From assembly GCA_009602735.1 (NCBI GenBank), contig WELA01003305.1, forward strand, positions 728,233-792,232: 64,000 nucleotides of DNA, in the 5' to 3' direction. Origin of the DNA: Mesotaenium endlicherianum (lineage: Eukaryota). The position numbers and the translations under genes are program-made. This document shows, piece after piece, positions 16,147 to 28,363 of the stretch. The notes under the pieces were generated by a model. It did not search any database and was not told the DNA's origin. It saw nothing but the letters and a program-made list of their open reading frames with translations. The number at the start of each line of letters is the position of its first letter. Position 1 is the first letter of the stretch.

Positions 16147-16738
16147 TGTTTTTCTGGAGTTTTTTAGAGCAATTTGAGAGTAAATTTGCTTGACAGGGGC
16201 AAATCAGGATTTATCAAGCTCGGGACGCTTGAATATACGATCACGCAATTCTGACGTTTCGTTTGATCCATTTGAGAGCTGCTCCGAGCTTGAGATGAGG
16301 GCGGTTCAAGCGATCACGTGCTCCTGTTTTTGAACGACTTTTGAAATAATATCAGAATGACTATATTTCAAGATTGTCATCCAGTCGCTCAAACTTTTTC
16401 TCCTTGACAAATTATCAAATTAATGACATTGACGCGAACTTGAAATGAAGGAAATGATCCCCACCTTGCACATTATTCCACTAAGTCTCAAAGCTTGTAG
16501 TGAATTTATTTTCGACCGGCAAACACTTTACTTACTTCAACAATCATACATTCTGGATTGTTCACATTCGACCCTCTAAATTTTGAGCTAATGTCCCACA
16601 TAGAGGTCACCACCAATATTGCATACCGTCTACGACTACCAACAGCCTATTCTACAATCTATTTCTGCAGTCACTCGCATCTTTACATCTTAAAACTTGT
16701 AACGAGTTTGATTGTGAATGATAATGGGTGACTCAGCC

Positions 16739-17235
16739 TGTAGTGAAACAGATAGATAAAAACCTTAGTAAAATAGATTACTTTATCTATTCAAGGCAAG
16801 GATCTTTGAACACAAGTGGTAGCTTCTCGAAAGAGAAATGGCCTCTTGAAAGTTAATATATTGTTGGAGTTTGGCAAGTACAAGAGTGATTCTAGAATGC
16901 CTTTCTATGTTCTAGCTCTTGTTTATATACTTGCTACATAAGTCATTTCTAAGAAGGTGCATGTTGATGTGTTGGCACCCAACACATCCCAAAACTTGCC
17001 ACCTCTTTCTAGAATAATGTACAAATGTCCTATTGACCTAAAAATGGCATATTTAAATTTTGCCACATGGAGTTCTTCTAAGTCCATCCTCTAACTTCAA
17101 AAATGCCTTAGAAGATTCAAATGACATGGACCAAGTGACTAGAGTATCAATTCACACTCCACACAAAACTACTCTAAAATTATTCAAAAATAATAAATAA
17201 AAACAAACTAATATATTTTAACTCATATCACTACA
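16739..17235 (-). repeat. 3' LTR of element A
   Basis: TG..CA ends; homologous to 50515-51074 and 33806-34306. A purine-rich GAGGAAGTGA abuts it on the minus strand (PPT-like). Confidence 0.9.
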
Positions 17236-18169
17236 TCACTTCCTCGACAGAAAAAGCTACGTCTCGGCGCGTCAAGTCAGGTCTTACACATGTGGGGAAG
17301 ACTAATCAAAGCCTTCAAGTGAGGTGCCACACATATAAAGAAGATTAGTCAAAGGGTGCAAGTAAGGTGCTACACATGTAAGGTAGACCAGGCAAGGTCG
17401 TCGGTGGTGTGAACTTATTGGCTAGCCTACTCCTCGATGATAAGGAAAATAATACAAGTCGGCCCAGAAGCTGCTACGATTTCTAAAATTTCATAACGTC
17501 TACGATATTGCTTCAAATCTAAAACCTCCAATGCCAAACGGAGCGCGTTGGAGACATCTACCTAGTCATCAATTTGAGAGCATTCCAACTTTTGGAGTGT
17601 CGTTGAGAGCAAAGAGAGTAGGCACTCCTCCGAATCTGTGCAGGAACTTTTGAAAATCATAAGTCCTTCTCTACTTCTTTAAACTCTGCAAACTTAATCT
17701 ATAAATGGGCGCAATAATGTCTTCTATACCAAATTTTTGAATTTCAGAGAATTCCAAGTTCAGGAGAGGGCACAATGTCAAAATAAAACCAGCATCCTGA
17801 TTTGTGTTCAGAGTTTTTAATCTCTTTAACCACAGCTTTAAATTGAGCAAATCTAAACTCTAAAGAACCACTTACTCATGGGCTACAGCCAGGTAATATT
17901 TCAAGATTTAATATGCAGAGACCTATCAGCAATAGCAATTTTAGTTTTTTGTCCAGGAACTGCGAGAAGTAAAGAGTGTCTAATGTCAAGTTTTCTTCTT
18001 TTTGGTTCTTGCAAGCTGCCTCCAAGGGGTCTTCTACTGCTTCTTGATGATGGCAAGCTGCCTCCCTGAAGTCTTCTGGCTTGTAAGAGAGAGACTTGGG
18101 GCTGGTCCAAGATGGGGGTTGGCGGCATGGAAGCGTTCCAGCTTTCTCTTAACTTTGTCAAGGTAGTGG

Positions 18170-18529
18170 GCCGCCACCCAAGTATTCTCAGAATCTGGAT
18201 ATCCTTTTCACTTGATCAAATATTGCTGTTGTCTCCTAAAATTTATCATAGCCAATATGTCTTCCACTTCATATTCCAAATGATCATCCACTACTGTTGG
18301 GGCTGGTGGGGTCGTCACTCGTCCTGCGAACTTTGTTGTCCAGTTGCACATATGGCTTGGAGAGGGAAGCGTGGAATACGGGATCAATGTACATAGTTTG
18401 GGGAAGTTCTAGCTTGAAAGCAACGGAGTTGACTTGCTGGATAATCTTGAAAGGTCCCAAATACTTGGGAGAGAAATTGCTGCCGGCAGGCCTGTTGTCC
18501 AAGAAAATGCTCTTGGATGATAGTAACAC
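18170..18529 (-). pseudogene. Element A integrase C-terminus (GPY/F) and chromodomain remnant
   Basis: VLLSSKSIFL..PKYLGPFKIIQQVNSVAFKLELP..IDPVFHASL, then EYEVEDILA and QQYLIK*KGYPDSENTW in shifted frames. Confidence 0.85.
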
Positions 18530-19393
18530 TGTCATGCTTGGTGCCGTCGAGAGTCTCCTGCGTGTCTGTCCCGTTGATCTGGGGTGGTGGATGTTGACAG
18601 GCTAGGGTGGTAGGTGAGGATGACTTAGGTCACAAACGACTACAGCAAACATTTGGACCTATGACCCGCTCACAAGGTTCTGCTGTTGAGCAGTTGTGAG
18701 GTTCCGCCCGAATCCCGCGTATTTCCTTCTACCTTCACACGTGGTCCGGCCGCTCACACATGTGGAGGTCGACCCACGAGTTCCCTCCCTCGTTGGGTCG
18801 GCGCTGGTACCAAGTGGGAGCTTTAGTTGCCCGTGGCCTAAGTCATCATGTATGATAGGCAGCCCCTCTGGATATGCCCACGGGGTTGCTAGGGATTAGG
18901 GAGAGTATGGGAGTGCACATGGGGTTGGGGTGTCGTCTCGTCGTACTACGTCGTCCTTTTTTAATTAGCTCTTTTTATATATTAGGTCTAATGTTTTTGG
19001 TCTTGTTGATATGACGCGATAACACGTCACTCAAGTAGGTACCGACACGACTGAGTTTCACTTTCGGCACTGGGCTAGAGGTTTGTGGATATGCTATTTA
19101 GGTCGCGAGGCAACACTCATAGAGTGTTCGCATTTGTATGTCGCTTGATGCTTCTACACCATTTTTTCTCTCTTGCTCTTGTCTACGTTTATCCATCGCT
19201 ATTGTACTTGTTTGTTACCTCACACATCGTAGTAAGGTACAAGTCTATACACGCTACGGATCAGCTAGCATAGAGTCTCGTGGAGCTGTAGCCCGCCATA
19301 ACATCGTTAGCCTAGTCAATAGACACTTCCCAAAACTGGCTCGTCCGTGCATTGTAGTCCTAGCTCGGCCGCCCAAGCTCTTAGCTCTTTACA
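18530..19393 (+). repeat. Repeat A1 of element B (LTR-like, TGTCATG..CTTTACA)
   Basis: Aligns by eye over its whole length with 45131-46002. Confidence 0.9.
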
Positions 19394-20167
19394 TACAAAT
19401 GCTAACCTTCTTATGAGTCTAAGAGGGTTAGACATTAGGCGCGAACTGACGGCTCGTTGTCACACCTACTCTCAGTAATGTCCGAGGTAGTTTCTATTTC
19501 CTCGCACCGTACAGATTAGTGTAGGTTATCTTAGGCCACTTGTTCCACCAAAGGGACTTCTTTGGTTTGCCAGGTTTGTGCCTGTGGCTGGAGTGCATGC
19601 TGCTGACTCCCGGACGCACACGGAGCGATCGGTCCTACCAGCAACAGACTTTAGCTGAGTGTCCCTCTCCATTGTCCGTCCCTATCGATATAGTGAATTG
19701 TTGAAGTTTTCTTCGTCTAAGACCAGTGCCTATTACAGATTCCGATTTGTCAGACCTCTCTCACTATACCGCTTGCGGTTAGCAACCTGACCCGTCCAAC
19801 TTTCAATTGCCTACTTTCCCGCCGTTATGGACAACTGATGAGGGTAGTCTGGGGGTAGGGGGAGGTGACGAATACCATCACATAGATTGGACAATGGAGA
19901 TGGCTGGATCTTCTACTTCTGCTACTTCCTACCAGACCTATACCAGGCATTTGGATGGCTTGTCTTTGCCTGCGTTGTCTTTTAAAATCGACGCGTTCGT
20001 AGCCATCTTGCGTGCGCGTAACCACCGGCTTACTCGTAACGACTATTTCCACTCTTTGCCTACACACTTGGGGGGGGAAGCTCTGTTGCTCTATCAGCGC
20101 TTTCGCGTTGATATCATTCAGACCATCCCTAATGTGCCTCCTGATGTTCCTGAGGCGGGTGGGGTAG

Positions 20168-21084
20168 TGTAACGATTCGAGCTATTTTAGGCGTATTTGG
20201 GACGTTTTCCCAATTACCTAAAGTACGTTATACTATTTATCATATTATTTCATAAATGATTGCATCATATTCAATTATTCGCCACACGCGTGTGTCGATT
20301 AATTCCTGGTCGATTTGCGAAACAACCGAGACACTATTGCAAAAAGCGTCGTAACGTAACTCGACTACTTCGCAAAAGTACGACATAATTATTCATAAAG
20401 TTACTTTGATTAATTATGAGATGATAACTTAATAAATCACTGATTGATTGAGTTAATTTGATTGTCATTATTTCGGATAATGCACAGTCACAGATTTCGC
20501 ATTTACAATCGTTAATACGAAGAAACAGTCGTAAAAGTCAAACGACACATAATATGCAAAGCGACTTTGCATCCGAGCGGATTCAAACCTGCGACCTGTC
20601 GTTTGAAACGTTCACGCCTAACCAATTGGCGAAGTAGTTTTCATAACTACCGGTTCATGACGAAAGCACGTGTGCGCGACTTCGCGAATAGTCGCAACTT
20701 TTCAAACAGTCGCGTGAACGCGAATACGCCCATTTGGCGTGAAACGGTTTTTCGAAAACCGTTGAAAAGTCTCCAAACGGCCAAACGACGCGTTTCGAGC
20801 ATTCGGCCCAATGGGTCGTACCCCTTCGTTTGTTTACGTTGAACATGAACCAATGCCCTAGGTGGTGACTCAAAGCACTCCAATGCCTCACGTTGTGCAA
20901 GTATAAATACTTGCAAGAGTCATTGTGAGTGCAACTCTCACAAGCACACATGCTACGTTAGCTTTTATTTTCGCTTTCTCGACGATTTGTCAATTTGCAC
21001 AAGTATATAGATTTTCTTTCCACTTCATTAAAATCTTCCCTGAATACCAAGGAAAAGATCCTCTCAAAAAGCACAAACGTTACA
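20168..21084. mobile_element. Solo LTR, family F, copy 1 (917 bp)
   Basis: TGTAACG..CGTTACA ends; perfect 5-bp TSD GGTAG at 20163-20167 and 21085-21089; homologous to 23862-24853. Confidence 0.9.
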
Positions 21085-23861
21085 GGTAGTTCCTAATCCC
21101 ATATTAGACGCCCCCCTAGGGGGGGGCCAATTGATCCACCTGCGGCTGCTGTGGCTGCAGGTTTGGATCCTGCAGCTCCTAGTTTTAAAATTTGGCCGTA
21201 TAGGCCTCAAAGGGCTTATTGTACGTATTGTGGTACGTCGTATTATCGTACAGCAAAAAACGCGTATAAACAGATAGTTGATTATCGTTTTTTTTCATTT
21301 TGTGCACGGTTTATTTACCTCACTTATTTTCGTTTGTAATAAGTCTCCACGTCGGCTCCTCGACGCATACCATTGGACCACGCTGTCACATTACCTCACG
21401 GACATAGATTACACTCGTACTTGAAATTACCGGAAGGTGAATGTCCACAAACATTTTGGCCCTTGAACCAACCTTCACAAAAATAGAAGCACCGCCTCCA
21501 TGCTCATGATGCGCCGCTCATGTAGCAGGCATCTTGGGAAGGAACTGCAACTCTGTAATCTCCTTTGTTCTTCGCAGATGCCCATCTTAGCACAGATATT
21601 AGTGGGTGACAAGAGCACCCTTGCTACGACACAAGGTACCAGCACTCCTAAATATTATACTTATGGCATTCATTCATGTTCCGTATATGGTTTTTTGCAG
21701 CCGTGCATTGTACCTTCAAAAGCCGAATAGGGTCACGGGAATCATGGGACAAGCGCGGATCGTATTCATTATGTGGATTCTCTATAGTTGTTGTTTGCTT
21801 TGTTACACACAGAACCACTATCACTGCTTTGGGTTTTGCTTACGTTATTTGCTTCAAAGCTCTCATCCTGCCTACGTTTCTATATGTTAAGCCTCTTTCG
21901 CACCCCTGTAATGATTGTCTCAAAGTGGTACAAACTGTTGTGGCTCCAGGTACAACTTCTGTAACGATAAGTAAATGGAGGAGGTGCACAATTTCGGGGA
22001 CGAGTTCTTCGAGAATGTTGATAAGAAACATTTACATGAGGTGAGCCTCATTACTCATGGACTACGAATGTGTCCAAACCAGGACCTCATTCTACCTTTC
22101 CCTTTAAGGTCCCTCACAGATTTCTCTTGTATAAATTTGTTGCCGCTTGACGCATAAACGACACTCTGTAATTTACGACACTGCACTCATCCGCGCTCTC
22201 AGCACTTGCAGGTTTTCACTGCCATGGACGGGAGGAAGTTGGCAATGACAGCTGCATGCAGAGATTCACAAGTTTCGTGCAAAAAGGTGGGTGAGTAAGA
22301 CTAGGTGTCTCTTCACGCGATGCCATGTGTACTTTGCGCCACCCATACATTCCATGTAAGCATGTAATGAACCTACTAAAGAGAGATGCATGTAGATTTT
22401 GTGGCACCTGTTAGAATTGTGCCTTTTCTCACTAGGTATACATTGTGCATCCCTACACCCTAATGTGAATGTGGAACCTTCCTCAACACATGCATAGGCT
22501 ATATGTACTTGGCCTGCCCGCCTTGTGTACGTCACTGGCCAGATTTTTGTATACATTGCGTCTGCCACTTACCTTGTCTCTAAGTGGCAAAAATGAAACT
22601 TGACTGCTGAGATTGACTTGATAGTTAAGACTCCAATTTTATCCTATAGTATACTAAACTGATAGAGCCGCATTCTCATTAGCTTATCTCTCCTCAACCA
22701 CTAAATGAATCCTAATGCCAGAAAATTTTACTTGCCTATAGGCTGCTTACATGTGTACTTCTTACATAGTGTTCTCATCTTTTACTTCTATCCTCTGCTT
22801 GAAGGGTGGGTGGGTCAACTAAACACTGTATTAGTGCGCTTGCATGATTTGTGCTACTCTGCACTACTGTTAATTACTTGCTGGGACTTACTGCACGGAG
22901 GCTGCTACAACTTTGAAAATTTGAATTAGTGCAATATGTGAACGTTGCGCCTGCCACTTACCTTGTCCTTAAGTGGCAAAAATGCCCACCTTGTACACCT
23001 TTTCACCTATTCCCTGCCAACCTCATGTGCCTCTTGGCAATAATACAATGGTAACCTCGTTCATTTGCATGAAATGCAGCGACACCTATTCGCAGCTTGT
23101 AGCCTCTATGACTATGCGCCGTTTGTCACTCGAGGTGGCAATGTGTAAAGGGTCCGTGGCTATTGTGTTGTCTCTCACTGTAACACACGTGGTGGTTTAC
23201 TCTTTGACGGAGCAGCCTGTTATATTATCCAATTTTTACCTCAGGTTCAAGCATGCCATTATGTCACCTGACCCACACTTTTGTTTTTCGGTTGTGCATA
23301 CACATCCATAGAGTGTGTTTTTAGAAGTAAATTAAAGTTATACCTCTTCATGATCACCGTCACGTTGCTGGTCTATACACTGCCCTGCTTTGCCATACTA
23401 TCATGCTTTACTATTGTTTGTAGGCTGTGAGGGGGTATGTGGACAGCCTTGGGGAGAGCGGTGGTCAGTTGCTGTCACCTCCATTGGTGCACGTATTGTT
23501 GCACAAGTGGCTAGAAGACACTTGTGAGGCCCGCGAGCAAGCCCCAATGGCACAATATGACCTCAGATTATCGCCATAGCATTACAAGTAGCTCATTTCA
23601 TTCCTTTCGTTATGTCATGAGTACTAGCACCTTACCAGGCTTCGCAGTTCTTCAATCATAGGTTAATATTCATATGTATGGATTAATTATCATCATTGTT
23701 TTATATTCATTTTCCATCATTGTTTTGTACAAAGCTCACTTGTTATCATCCGTGTGCTTCATTTACATAAAATGCATCACTACCGGTACGAGTGTGTTGT
23801 AGCATGCTGTTGTATGAGGGCATGGAGACTTGCAGTTAAACATGTGTTGCATCTTAGCAAC

Positions 23862-24853
23862 TGTAACGATCTGAGCTTTTTAGGCGTATTTAGAACGTTT
23901 TTCTAATTACCTGAAGGACGTTATACTTCTAGTTTGTATAAGATTGCATGTTTATTGAACTATTTTGACACACACGTGTGCCGACTAGTTCCCGGTCGAT
24001 TGGCGAAACGACCCGAATGCTACTGCAAAAGGAATCGTGAAGTAATTCGATTACTTCGCAAAAGTATAACGTAATTAATCATGAAGTAGTTTAATTAATT
24101 ATGGCGGAATATCTTAATTAATTATGGATTGATTAACTTATTTTGACTATCACTATTTCGGATATTAACAGTCATTGTTTTTGGTTATCGATGCGTCGCT
24201 AACCCAAAAGAAAACACCAAGTTGTGGCCCAAGGGAGCCACCGGTCGAAATCGAACCCGCGACCTCCCGGTCGTCGCGTCGCGATTCCGAAAATAGTCGT
24301 AAAGTCAAACGAAATATAATATGCAAAGTTACTTTGCATTTTGGCGGATTCAACCCGCGAACTTTCGTTTAAATTGTTCACACCTAACCGATTGGCCAAA
24401 GTAGTTATTATAACTACCGATTCATGTTGAATTAATGTGTACGCGACTGCGCAAACAATTGCGACTTTTTAGAAAGTCGCGCGAACGCGAAAACGCCCGT
24501 TTGGCGTATAATGGTTTTCCGGAAACCGTCGAAAAGTCTCCTAAAGGCCAAACGGCGCGCTAGGAGCATTCGGCCGAATTGGTTATGTCCAATTCAACCG
24601 TATCTCGTTGAACATGAATCAGTGCCCTAGGTGGTGACTCGAAGCACTCCAGTGCCTCACGTTGTGCAAGTATATATACTTGCAAGAGTCATTGTGAGTG
24701 CAACTCTCACAAGCACACATTCTACGTTAGTTTTCATTTTCGCTTTCTCGAGAATTTGTCAATTTGCACAAGTATATAGATTTTCTTTCCACTTCAATTA
24801 AATATTCCTTGAATACCGAGGAAAAGATCCTCTCAAAAAGCAGAAACGTCACA
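23862..24853. mobile_element. Solo LTR, family F, copy 2 (992 bp), nested in the hAT
   Basis: TGTAACG..CGTCACA ends; flanks GCAAC and TCAAC (4/5 TSD match); homologous to 20168-21084 with a longer internal segment. Confidence 0.85.
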
Positions 24854-25489
24854 TCAACACATTGCTACTTTACTACTTTGCATTTTCAAAATAGTGGTCG
24901 CAAACAGAGTTTCAGCACTCCAGCATACACAACTTAGAGTCACACGCTTAATTTGCGTACTCTCGCAACACGTAAATATACCTTTAAGCACACCACAGGT
25001 AAGCGTCGCAATGGTAATGACTGTGAAGTAGCTATGGTACTCATCTAAAGATGTTGGACTTTATATCTCCTGGTACACTAGGAGGTGAGCAACATACAAT
25101 CTGCATGCCTTCTCAAGTTATAAATAAATCGCTTCAATGAAGATAGAGTGTACCACTTCAAATTCAATAGCACAAGGAAAGGAAAAGTGCTAAGCAGCAC
25201 TTGAAATTTCATAGCAAAGAAACCATGAGGCATTGAATACAATTATAAACAACTATGGCAGCACTTAACGTGAAAACAGAAGTACAGTACAATGGAACAT
25301 ACCAGAGAAGGTCAAAGACAATGTCCCCAAACAATATTCAAGAAAGTAAATAGCAGCAGCAGCTCCAAAGCAGGCAAAAAATGAGCAAGAGCAGTAGGCA
25401 TACATGAGAAGCAGTACTGACAGTAGCCATAGTTTGTTTGATACTACACATAAGGGATCGTAGGTTGGACAAGGAAGACGTATTGGGTG

Positions 25490-26850
25490 TCTTACCCGCA
25501 TTCTTGCAAGCCTTAGCAGAGTCGGTGCATATCATGAGGACATGCTCCGTATCGATCTCTTGTAGGACCTCCTCGAAGCATTGAGCTATGAATTTTCCAC
25601 TCTTGAATTTGCCACCGCAGTTTATTGCCTTCACCATCTTCTCTCCCATCGTTGTCACAACGATGAAGTTGATAATGGGTCGCTTGGTAATGTCAGACCT
25701 GGCACCACAAAAAAAAGAAAATTGTATTATTGTACAAGAAGAGAGTACGAAAATGAAGACGAGCAATTTTATGAGTATAAAATGAAGACAACACAAAGAT
25801 AAACAAATTAGCAGGAATAAGTGCAAAATCAGAGACAAATTACCATTTATAAAGTGTGAGCAAAGAGAAATGGGAAGAGTAGCAATGACTTCCTGCAAAT
25901 ACAACAAGTAGGTGCAGCAATTAAAATAGCAATAGAAACATAATCAGAATTCACAGGCGATTGGAGTTACTCAAGGACAGCAGCAATTGCAGCAATGCCC
26001 GCCTACAATGAAGAACAAGTCAATGTATAGATAGCAGGGACATATTAGAACACAACAACAGCCAACAACGGAACTGGCAGAATCATGAATAATCCACAGT
26101 TGAAGTCAAAAGCCTACAGGTCAAAATGTAATGTGGTGCAGCTACACATAAAGCACTTGAAGGAAGCGGGTGAGAAGTGATGCAAAATGACTTATCAGTC
26201 ATCTAAGCAAAGTACACATCATGTGACTTTGAGCTTCTCCATAAAGCGGCGAAGCTCAACATCACATCTAGCTACTTCTCGGTCTAGCAGCTTAGTCCTT
26301 AGGTGATGGCTGTGATTACCAACGTAGTTTGGTCCAGCATGGGTGATACAGTTAATCATGAGATCGTAAGAGACACAATTGGCAGTATTGAAACTAATCC
26401 CATTAGCATAAAACCACTTAGCAATGGCTTGATCAGCTTGATCACGGAAACCCGGCTTCCAAACCTCGAGAAGTTCTGACTTCCTAGCCGAGACCTGGCA
26501 GAACCTCCAGAGGAAGAGGAAGGACACAGATTACCACTCTTCTTCATCCTTGCTTCCATTGCCAAGACCTCCATAGTGCGCTCATGATGAGCACGCTTCT
26601 GCTTCATTCTTTGTTCAGCAAGAGGGACCTTGTAGAATCTTAATCTGTCAGCATCATTGCAGTGTGCAGCAAAAATGCTTGGACATTGGTTGGAACTTTA
26701 GGACAGCTCGTAATCCCTTGCCCTTGAACGCAAGCCAAGTGGTACCTAATCCTATGCGCACCACCTAAGTTCTTACATTTGCAGTACTTACAGTGATTCT
26801 CAAAAGATCCAGGGGACTCGGCCTTTTCTACTTTGTTAACATGGTCATGC
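25490..26850 (-). pseudogene. hAT transposase remnant (BED zinc finger plus DUF659-type region), intron-containing
   Basis: HCKYCKCKNLGGAHRIRYHLA at about 26735-26800; ADQAIAKWFYANGISFNTAN..HLRTKLLDRE at 26219-26527; SDITKRPIINFIV..KSGKFIAQCFEEVLQEIDTEHVLMICTDSAKACKNAGK at about 25490-25700. The C-terminal half was not recognised. Confidence 0.85.
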
Positions 26851-28363
26851 TCTGAAGTGCAAATGTCATCGGCCTTACCCTTGCCTCGGTTAGCAGATGT
26901 GAGCCTGGAAGAGCTGCCAGGTCAAAGAAACTCACACTCAAGCTTTTCATCAGTATGTGAAGAAGGAGACTCCTCACAATTCGTTTCTGCCATGATTGGT
27001 GAGGTGGAACTAGTAAGGAAGATAGGTGAATACGATTAAGTGCTATTGTAGCAGTAGGAATTGAGACGGACACAAGTCTCGGTTGCCATGACTTACCAGC
27101 TTCTTCTGACATGAGTGGAACGCAAGGCCATCTATGTTGTGGGTAAGCCTTGTGTCGGATTTTCATTGGGCACGAAGAAGATAAGCATGTTGAATACGTA
27201 CGTAATTGGTGTGTACAAGAAGAACACACAAACCAGACACCCATGAACTTGAAAATCAAATAGCATAGCTAGAGCGGGAAAGCAAAGATGGTGCCCAAAA
27301 ACACCAGTTGCTTTCTCGCTGTGTTCATTCATTTTCGTGTGTTCAAACAAGGTCGGAGCCGGCAAAGACGAGTTATGAAGTGACGGAATGAAGATAAGAA
27401 GTCAATCAGCAGGTTGCCACGAGACACAGCCGGCACTTTGCATCCGTGTGTCGCAGTGAGTCAGCAAATTTAGGCGCAAGATGTAAAAATTTAATAATTA
27501 CAACAAACGTGACAGAAGTGGACGGTGCCGCGTGCTTGAACTCTGACAACCGTTTTAAATGATCGACAGCGGCGTATTTGGCCAATTTCTGGCGTACTAT
27601 TTTCAACTTCACGTATCGTGCGTATCGACTGTACGCCCAAACGTGTGAACCGTATCCGAATTTTAAACTAGGCTGCAGCTGCTGCAGCCGCTGTGGCTGC
27701 TGTTGGTCAGGGCGTGGGTGCCCAAGGTCAAGAAGGTCTACCTGGGGTCGGAATTGGTAGGGAGTTGGCGTTAGTTGGGGGGGTTGCAGGCGAACCTAAA
27801 CCGCCAGGTCTAACAGAGCTGGCGTTGCCCGTATACGCCACTCAAGTTAAAGTGGTTGCTGCTTGCATCGAGGACCGTCACACTCGCGCAGTTCAGACCG
27901 CCAGCAGCAGGCGGTGTTACGGAATAATTCTTCCCCTTTATGGCCCAGCTCCTGGTGCAGTGTTGGATTGCATCGATGCCCTCTTTTAGATGTTTTGCCA
28001 GCGTTTCCCTGCTAATTCTTGTGCTCGTCAAGACGAGTTACGTGACTTCGTGCGGCTTCCTAAGTAGACTTCTAACATGGTCTACGAACAATGCATGTAG
28101 TTGCGTGAAGATACCGGCATGTATGATGATGTGACCTCGGCTTGCATTAAATTCATTAGTGCATTTTCTGCATCCTCGGCATTATGTGCCACTCTTAATC
28201 ACCAGCTGGCATTGACTAAGGAGCACAAATGCAGTATTTACAACGTGTGTTTGTGAGCTGAGCAGATCAAAGTAGTGCAGGCGGCATGAAATGAATCGAC
28301 TTACCAATTAGGCGAGCAGCTTTACTTGGAGAGCTACTTACTGAGCTGGACTCAGGTCCAGCA

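Larger units (their letters stand above)
21178..27672 (-). mobile_element. hAT-superfamily DNA transposon, defective
   Basis: TIRs CCTAGTTTTAAAATT and AATTTTAAACTAGG; perfect 8-bp TSD CTGCAGCT at 21170-21177 and 27673-27680; CGTA-rich subtermini; transposase remnants inside. Confidence 0.92.
19807..28363 (+). pseudogene. gag of element B, split by a solo LTR and a hAT element
   Basis: Segments 19807-20167, 21090-21177 and 27681-~28363 join through the two TSDs (..[30 protein letters not shown]..). Motifs LTRNDYFHSLPTHLGGEALLLY and FPANSCARQDELRDFVRLP resemble the gag at 39078-39956 (LTKRDVFDTLLRYLSHEARDTF; FQAATEEKVYELHHFFRRK). Stops and frameshifts are present. Confidence 0.65.

Noticed and set aside
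16440..16738. Older Gypsy integrase relic (NIAYRLRLPT-like peptide on the plus strand)
   Set aside because: One short motif only; too degenerate to support without a search.
20596..20612. TCA anticodon suggesting a selenocysteine or suppressor tRNA in LTR F1
   Set aside because: The acceptor stem is not intact, there is no long variable arm, and the triplet is not conserved in F2.
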